Virus record (IMG/VR): IMGVR_UViG_3300025276_000028
Reading direction: 5' to 3' (one strand)
Source: an uncultured virus (IMG/VR IMGVR_UViG_3300025276_000028)
Lineage: Duplodnaviria; Heunggongvirae; Uroviricota; Caudoviricetes
Length of the DNA: 64,000 bases
Below the pieces are notes generated by a model, which had not been told where the DNA came from, searched no databases, and was given only the letters and a program-made list of their open reading frames with translations. A program made the position numbers and the translations under genes. Below are positions 58,592-64,000 of this stretch, piece after piece (the stretch's first letter is position 1; every line of letters starts with the position of its first letter).

Positions 58592-59980
58592 ATGAATCCA
58601 GATATTCAGTCATTGATATTACGTAACCTTATTAGTAACGATGTTTATATGCGTAAGGTTATTCCTTTCCTTAAACGTGAATACTTCGAGGGTCCATTCA
58701 AGACTGTGTTCAATGAGATTATATCGTTTGTGGGTAAGTATAATAACTTGCCTACATTCGAATCGTTGTCCATTGAAATGCAAAACTCAGATATATCAGA
58801 TCAGCAATTGACTGAATCTGGTAAGGTATTATCCAATATTACTTCAGTAGAGAAAGATGCCGATGTGGATTGGCTTCTAGAAAGTACTGAAAAGTGGTGC
58901 CAAGACCGTTCTATATACTTAGCTATTATAGAATCTATTTCAATCATTGATGGTAAGCATGAGAATCTTAGTAAGGATGCATTGCCAGACTTATTGCAGA
59001 AAGCTCTAGCTGTCGGATTCGATACTAATATCGGTCATGACTACTTCGGTGCTATCGATGATCGTTATGAATTTTATCATACTACGGAAGAACGTATGCC
59101 ATTTGACTTAGAGAAGTTTAACTCTATTACAAAGGGTGGTCTACCAAAGAAATCATTATCTGTTGTTATGGCAGGTACTGGTACAGGTAAGTCGTTGTTC
59201 ATGTGTCATGTTGCCGCTGCTGCATTAAGTGCAGGTCAAAATGTTCTGTATATTACTATGGAAATGTCAGAGGAACGTATCGCAGAACGTATTGATGCTA
59301 ACCTAATGAATGTGCCTATTGATAAGATTGAAACATTAACAAAAGAATCATTCACAAATAAGATGACTAATATCTCTAAGAAGACTGATGGTAATCTTAT
59401 TATTAAAGAATACCCTACTGGTTCTGCTCACGCAGGACACTTTAGGGCACTTATCGCTGAATTAAGCTTAAAGAAGAAGTTTAAGCCAGATATTATTATG
59501 ATTGACTACATTAACATTTGTTCATCCTCACGGATTAAGAATGGCTTGGGTGGAAGTGTCAATACATACTCCTTAATCAAATCTATAGCAGAAGAATTAC
59601 GTGGTCTATCTGTTGAGAATAACGTACCAATCTTGACTGCAACACAGACAACAAGAAGCGGTTTCTCTAATACCGATGTCGGTCTAGAGGATACTTCAGA
59701 GTCGTTTGGCCTACCAGCTACGGCTGATTTAATGTTTGCCTTAGTGAGTAATGAAGAATTACAATCATTGAATCAAGTTATGGTAAAGCAATTAAAGAAT
59801 CGTTATTCCGATATAAATGATAACAAACGTTTTATCCTCGGTATTGACAGAGCTAAGATGAAGCTATATGATGTTGAAGAATCTGCACAAGGTTTGATGA
59901 CTGGAGAAACCCCAATGCCAAATAGTTCAAGTAATGCTTTTGGTAAACGAGAAAACAATTTTGAAGGATTTAAACAATGA
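58592..59980 (+). CDS. gp41: Replicative helicase gp41
   Basis: AGTGTGKS, EMSEERIAERIDAN, IKEYPTG, IDYINIC, SESFGLPATAD, KQLKNRY. Confidence 0.96.
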   Translation: MNPDIQSLILRNLISNDVYMRKVIPFLKREYFEGPFKTVFNEIISFVGKYNNLPTFESLSIEMQNSDISDQQLTESGKVLSNITSVEKDADVDWLLESTEKWCQDRSIYLAIIESISIIDGKHENLSKDALPDLLQKALAVGFDTNIGHDYFGAIDDRYEFYHTTEERMPFDLEKFNSITKGGLPKKSLSVVMAGTGTGKSLFMCHVAAAALSAGQNVLYITMEMSEERIAERIDANLMNVPIDKIETLTKESFTNKMTNISKKTDGNLIIKEYPTGSAHAGHFRALIAELSLKKKFKPDIIMIDYINICSSSRIKNGLGGSVNTYSLIKSIAEELRGLSVENNVPILTATQTTRSGFSNTDVGLEDTSESFGLPATADLMFALVSNEELQSLNQVMVKQLKNRYSDINDNKRFILGIDRAKMKLYDVEESAQGLMTGETPMPNSSSNAFGKRENNFEGFKQ

Positions 59981-60246
59981 TGAAGTATAATGAAGATATG
60001 ATATTAACAGAGGTAGAGGAATATATAGAGTCAACTTATTCCTCTCATTATGCAAAAGGCGATTCTTTACAGACGCTTGATGTGTATAAAGCATTAGGAT
60101 CTGCACAGACCACGTGTAGAGATACTGCTATTAAATACCTTATGCGGTATGGTGAGAAGGACGGATTTAATCGTAAGGATATGATCAAGGCTATACATTA
60201 TATTGTGCTTATTCTTGGCATAAGCGATAAAGATAAAGACGTATAA
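59977..60246 (+). CDS. DUF3310-like protein
   Basis: SHY, AIKYL.RYG.KDG...KD..KA.HY. Confidence 0.7.
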   Translation: MMKYNEDMILTEVEEYIESTYSSHYAKGDSLQTLDVYKALGSAQTTCRDTAIKYLMRYGEKDGFNRKDMIKAIHYIVLILGISDKDKDV

Positions 60247-60249
60247 ATA
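60242..60249 (+). promoter_or_regulatory. T4-type late promoter
   Basis: TATAAATA before a small ORF at about 60278 and thyX. Confidence 0.55.
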
Positions 60250-60418
60250 ATATCAATCTAAACTAAGGCAAATATAATGAACGTAACTATAGCAACTGAA
60301 GATAGCACGTTGTCAGATGATAAGACCGTTAAGGAAACCCTTGCCTTAATGGTTATTGTAATAAATGAGATAAGAGTTGAATTGAAAGAATTTAGAGAAG
60401 TATATAATGGAGAAGTAA

Positions 60419-61108
60419 ATGACAGCTAGTTTAATATCGTATTCTCAACCACCAGCAGGCAGTACAATAACTCTTAACACAGAATCGGATAACGAAATTT
60501 TAACTAATTTGATTTCATTTTGTGCAAGAGTATCAGCTCCAGACAACCAAGATGATTATTCATCTGGTCAAAAGCTGATTAATTACCTGGTTAAGCATCA
60601 GCATTGGAGTCCACTTGAGATGGTCTCTGCATGTATTGGTATTGAAACGACCCGAGATATTGCACGTCAATTTCTTAGGCATCGTTCGTTTTCGTTTCAA
60701 GAGTATTCACAACGATACGCAGATCCTACTAAAGATCTAGAGTTCGTATTGCGTGAAGCACGTTTGCAAGATCCGGTCAATCGTCAGAATTCGATTGAAT
60801 GTGGTCCTGAGCATCTTGATACTATGATTGAGTGGGGACGTCGTCAGAAATCAGTAATTGATCTGGCAGAAGAATCATATCGTTGGGCAGTGTCGAAAGG
60901 CATTGCGAAAGAATGTGCAAGGGTTGTTTTGCCTGAGGGTAATACTATCTCGCGTGTTTATGTCAATGGTACTATCCGATCGTGGGTTCATTATGTTGAT
61001 CTACGTTCATCCAATGGAACACAGAAAGAACACATGCAAATTGCTAGAGCTTGCTCTAAAGTATTGCAGTCCATCTTTCCTAACATAGAGAAATACACGC
61101 ATGATTAA
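60419..61108 (+). CDS. thyX: Flavin-dependent thymidylate synthase
   Basis: CARVS, HWSPLE, RQFLRHRSFSFQEYSQRY, AKECAR.VLP, TQKEH. Confidence 0.95.
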   Translation: MTASLISYSQPPAGSTITLNTESDNEILTNLISFCARVSAPDNQDDYSSGQKLINYLVKHQHWSPLEMVSACIGIETTRDIARQFLRHRSFSFQEYSQRYADPTKDLEFVLREARLQDPVNRQNSIECGPEHLDTMIEWGRRQKSVIDLAEESYRWAVSKGIAKECARVVLPEGNTISRVYVNGTIRSWVHYVDLRSSNGTQKEHMQIARACSKVLQSIFPNIEKYTHD

Positions 61109-61565
61109 ATTTAAAGAAATGCCGTCAATGAGACCTGTGCCTATTCTAACAAAGGACAAAGGTTTTATTGGAGCAATACTATTGTGGCTATTGGCTACAC
61201 GTCAATGGACTATCGCCGAAGATTGGAACTATGAGCTTCATGGTGTCAAATGTGTTATTCCAGCTGGATTCACTTTTGATGGCGCGTCTATTCCAAAGTT
61301 CTTTTGGAAATACTTATCTCCAACTGGTGTATTATTAATGCCAGGACTTGTACACGATTGGGTCTATAAGACACGAAGTGTTAAACGAGCCGATGGTCGT
61401 GATGCTGAAATGCTTGATCAAAAGAAGTGTGATGAACTCTTTAGAGATTTAGCCATTGAGATTAACGGATTTAAGGTAATAAATAATATTGCCTATTACA
61501 TACTACGCGTCTTTGGTCGCTTTGCTTGGAATTCCCATCGAAGAAATGACACATTTTTAAAATAA
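61101..61565 (+). CDS. DUF1353 family protein
   Basis: IPAGF.FDGASIP..FW, LVHDW.Y, D.LF, VFGR.AW. Confidence 0.75.
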   Translation: MIKFKEMPSMRPVPILTKDKGFIGAILLWLLATRQWTIAEDWNYELHGVKCVIPAGFTFDGASIPKFFWKYLSPTGVLLMPGLVHDWVYKTRSVKRADGRDAEMLDQKKCDELFRDLAIEINGFKVINNIAYYILRVFGRFAWNSHRRNDTFLK

Positions 61566-61578
61566 GTTAAAATAGTTG

Positions 61579-61608
61579 TGTACAACACACCCCTTTCTGT
61601 GATATAAT
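61579..61608 (+). promoter_or_regulatory. Early promoter
   Basis: TGTACA-N18-TATAAT. Confidence 0.65.
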
Positions 61609-61634
61609 AACAGTATAACATTAAGGGGTTTTTT

Positions 61635-61976
61635 ATGCTTCACGTTTATATGAAAGACAGTATTTTCTTGTATCACACTTCAGAGTTCGCTCAAGAAGTG
61701 GTTAGGTTGTTATGTATTGAAGACTTGGATATTGAAATAATGTTTGATGATGATATAGCAGATAATGGTTATTGTTATATTGACCCAACAAATAAGCAAA
61801 GTAATATTGACATTGTTATTAGTGAAAACATTAATAGAACTGAGCAGTTAATTACTATTGCACACGAGCTAATCCATGCATGCCAATTCAAAGAAGGTTT
61901 TGAACTTGACGAGCAAGTAGCTTATTTTATCGAAGAATCACTTTACTTAGAGGCCTTAGTAAACACACATGAATAA
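61635..61976 (+). CDS. HExxH zinc metallopeptidase-like protein
   Basis: TIAHELIHACQ...E..AY..E. Confidence 0.6.
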   Translation: MLHVYMKDSIFLYHTSEFAQEVVRLLCIEDLDIEIMFDDDIADNGYCYIDPTNKQSNIDIVISENINRTEQLITIAHELIHACQFKEGFELDEQVAYFIEESLYLEALVNTHE

Positions 61977-62445
61977 ATTAATAGTAGTACTAGCACTAAT
62001 ACTTTCATCTGCAACCTATGCAAATGACCACAATTACGAAGAAGCGGATATTCAATGTCTTGCAGAGAATATCTATTTTGAATCACGCAATCAGGGTAAG
62101 TTAGGTAAGATTGCAGTTGCTTTAGTAACATTGAATAGAGTAATGCATCCACGCTGGCCCAACGATATATGCGGCGTTGTTAAGCAGGCAAAGATGTGGG
62201 GTGAAGTTGTTGTTCGTCATCAATGCCAATTTTCTTGGTACTGTGACGGTTTGTCTGACCAAATACGTGATGTTGGCGCCTTTATAGATGCCCGCCGTCA
62301 TGCTATTGATGCTATCCTATGGTATCGAGCTGGACATGATTTTGTAGATGGTGCAACACATTATCATACTACTAAGGTAAATCCGTATTGGAATGCTAGC
62401 CTAGATTATATTGCTACTATAGATGATCACATATTCTATAAGTAA
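61969..62445 (+). CDS. Cell wall hydrolase, SleB/Hydrolase_2 family
   Basis: Signal peptide; CLAENIYFESR.Q, V.LNRV, CQFSWYCDG, GATHYH, HIFY. Confidence 0.9.
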   Translation: MNKLIVVLALILSSATYANDHNYEEADIQCLAENIYFESRNQGKLGKIAVALVTLNRVMHPRWPNDICGVVKQAKMWGEVVVRHQCQFSWYCDGLSDQIRDVGAFIDARRHAIDAILWYRAGHDFVDGATHYHTTKVNPYWNASLDYIATIDDHIFYK

Positions 62446-62452
62446 TATTTTA

Positions 62453-62460
62453 TATAAATA
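62453..62460 (+). promoter_or_regulatory. T4-type late promoter
   Basis: TATAAATA. Confidence 0.75.
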
Positions 62461-62487
62461 GATTAAAAGTATATAAGGGTTGACACG

Positions 62488-63879
62488 ATGCAGACGTTTG
62501 AAAACATGTTATTTGAATTAACCGGTTGGGCCTCTATGACAAAAAGTCAATGGTTCAAGTATGGAGATGATAGATTAGACGTCTTAAGGCAAACAATTGT
62601 AGACGGTGATCCAATAACAATGACTAACGGCGAAGATGCTATGGTTGCCGGTACTACTGCAAATCTTAAAATTGTGGACGACTATACTAAGTTAGGCGAC
62701 GAAGCTCCTGCTACCTTTACTCTGAAGTTAAAGAAAAAAGGTGAAATAGTTTCTAACATGATAGGCAAATCACCTATTTTTGGTGGTAAAGGTAAGGGTG
62801 GCGGAGCAACTGGTATCACTGCTAACGGTGAATCATTGCAATGCTTATTCTTAGCTGCCATGTTAGGTGAAGGTCCTAATAACGAATTCTCACACTTTAC
62901 TCCTGAATTGTTACAATCTTATTATAAAGATATCGACGTTGATGTAGGCATTAAAGACGTTATGGCATCGGATGATGCATGGTTCTTCTCTGCATTCGTT
63001 ACAGCACGATATTTAATCAGAAAGAAGTACGTGACAAATGCTCATACATTGCACCGTGGTTCATCCACAATGAAGGCAATATATAGTGCTAAGCGACAAG
63101 CATTTAAGAACTCAGACCAACCAGTATTGAACGACGACAAGTGGAACCCAGGTGATATTTGGGCAGTGAAGAAAGGTGCTGATATAAAGAAGCTTCTTGA
63201 CGTCACCACAGTTGCTACGCTCAATGCAGATATTCTAAAAGCCTATGACAATAAAACGATCATTGGTATATCACTTAAGCAAATCGCTTCACTTGATAAG
63301 AAAGCACAATCCAAAGAATACAATCGTGATGATGAAATACTAGACAAGCATAAGTTTACTAAAGTAAGACTTAAGAGCGACGGTAAAAATTCAACCGTAT
63401 GGACACTAAAGGGTGGTGTTATCACATTCGATGGTAGTACTAAAATGGACTTTAGAGCACCGTCTTCTATGGGTGCACTCAATGTTGAAATCATAGGTAA
63501 AGGAGCACGAGGTGGTAGAGCTGGATACGGTCAAATAACCTATGCAGCCAAAGCACATATGAAGCTTGATTTACCTACTAATAACGATATCAAAGCTCAA
63601 TCAAAGAAGCTACTTGGCGGAAAGAGCCGAACCGATGCAAACAAATTTTATACAATGACTCACGCAGTTGAAAAGAATATGATGTCTAAAGAAGACTTCA
63701 TGGCTGAGTTAAAGACCACTACAATAGATCGAATCCACGCTAACTTAGCTGCAGCTTACCTTGCAACTGGTTTACTAAAGTCTTCTTCGGCACAGAGGAA
63801 CAACTTTGTAACGCATATGGTAAACTATGCAGGATCTAAGACTAATGACTCATCAATCTATATCAAAATTTCGGCTTAA
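62488..63879 (+). CDS. Late hypothetical protein with a restriction-nuclease-like motif
   Basis: T...ES.QC, DKWNPGDIW, IGISLKQ. Confidence 0.5.
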   Translation: MQTFENMLFELTGWASMTKSQWFKYGDDRLDVLRQTIVDGDPITMTNGEDAMVAGTTANLKIVDDYTKLGDEAPATFTLKLKKKGEIVSNMIGKSPIFGGKGKGGGATGITANGESLQCLFLAAMLGEGPNNEFSHFTPELLQSYYKDIDVDVGIKDVMASDDAWFFSAFVTARYLIRKKYVTNAHTLHRGSSTMKAIYSAKRQAFKNSDQPVLNDDKWNPGDIWAVKKGADIKKLLDVTTVATLNADILKAYDNKTIIGISLKQIASLDKKAQSKEYNRDDEILDKHKFTKVRLKSDGKNSTVWTLKGGVITFDGSTKMDFRAPSSMGALNVEIIGKGARGGRAGYGQITYAAKAHMKLDLPTNNDIKAQSKKLLGGKSRTDANKFYTMTHAVEKNMMSKEDFMAELKTTTIDRIHANLAAAYLATGLLKSSSAQRNNFVTHMVNYAGSKTNDSSIYIKISA

Positions 63880-63887
63880 GGAATACA

Positions 63888-64000
63888 ATGAACGATTTTA
63901 ATAATTATATCACTGAGGCATCTGCTAAGAATACGCACATGACTCATATTGAAGATCTTGTGCTGGATGGTGGAGTAAAAGGTGCACGAGATGCAATAAT
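63888..64000 (+). CDS. Conserved T4-like phage protein, truncated by window end
   Basis: MNDFNNYITEASAKNTHMTHIEDLVLDGGVKGARDAI. Confidence 0.6.
   Translation, partial: MNDFNNYITEASAKNTHMTHIEDLVLDGGVKGARDAI

Noticed and set aside
1..64000. CRISPR array
   Set aside because: No regularly spaced repeat-spacer series; the repeats found are dispersed promoter cassettes

Overview
A 64-kb segment of an AT-rich T4-like myovirus genome, probably marine. IscU, IscA, YfhL and the ROSE-type hsp20 leader suggest a beta/gammaproteobacterial host (inference). In order it holds: tail-fibre genes and a ClpP; the virion module gp13-gp23 plus gp3; uvsY, uvsW and gp55; a Rieske-oxygenase-like gene lacking its Rieske ligands; gp47/46/45/dsbA/44/62, regA and hsp20; a hyperplastic region (M15 peptidase, structured RNA, tRNA-Tyr, tRNA-Arg, iscU/iscA, repeated promoter cassettes); the only convincing minus-strand operon, under a late promoter (CsgF, CsgG, two curlin-repeat proteins, FecR-domain protein, CHASE2 adenylate cyclase, small membrane proteins); DNA ligase, DenV-like glycosylase, ferredoxin and gp43; a candidate new DNA base-hypermodification cluster (gp42-like hydroxymethylase, dCMP deaminase, SGNH-like protein, PLP enzyme, aGPT-Pplase-like transferase, nucleotide hydrolases); uvsX, gp41, thyX and a cell-wall hydrolase. 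About 20 TGTACA-N17-TATAAT promoters and 13 TATAAATA late promoters are visible. All calls come from motif recognition by eye; no searches were run.
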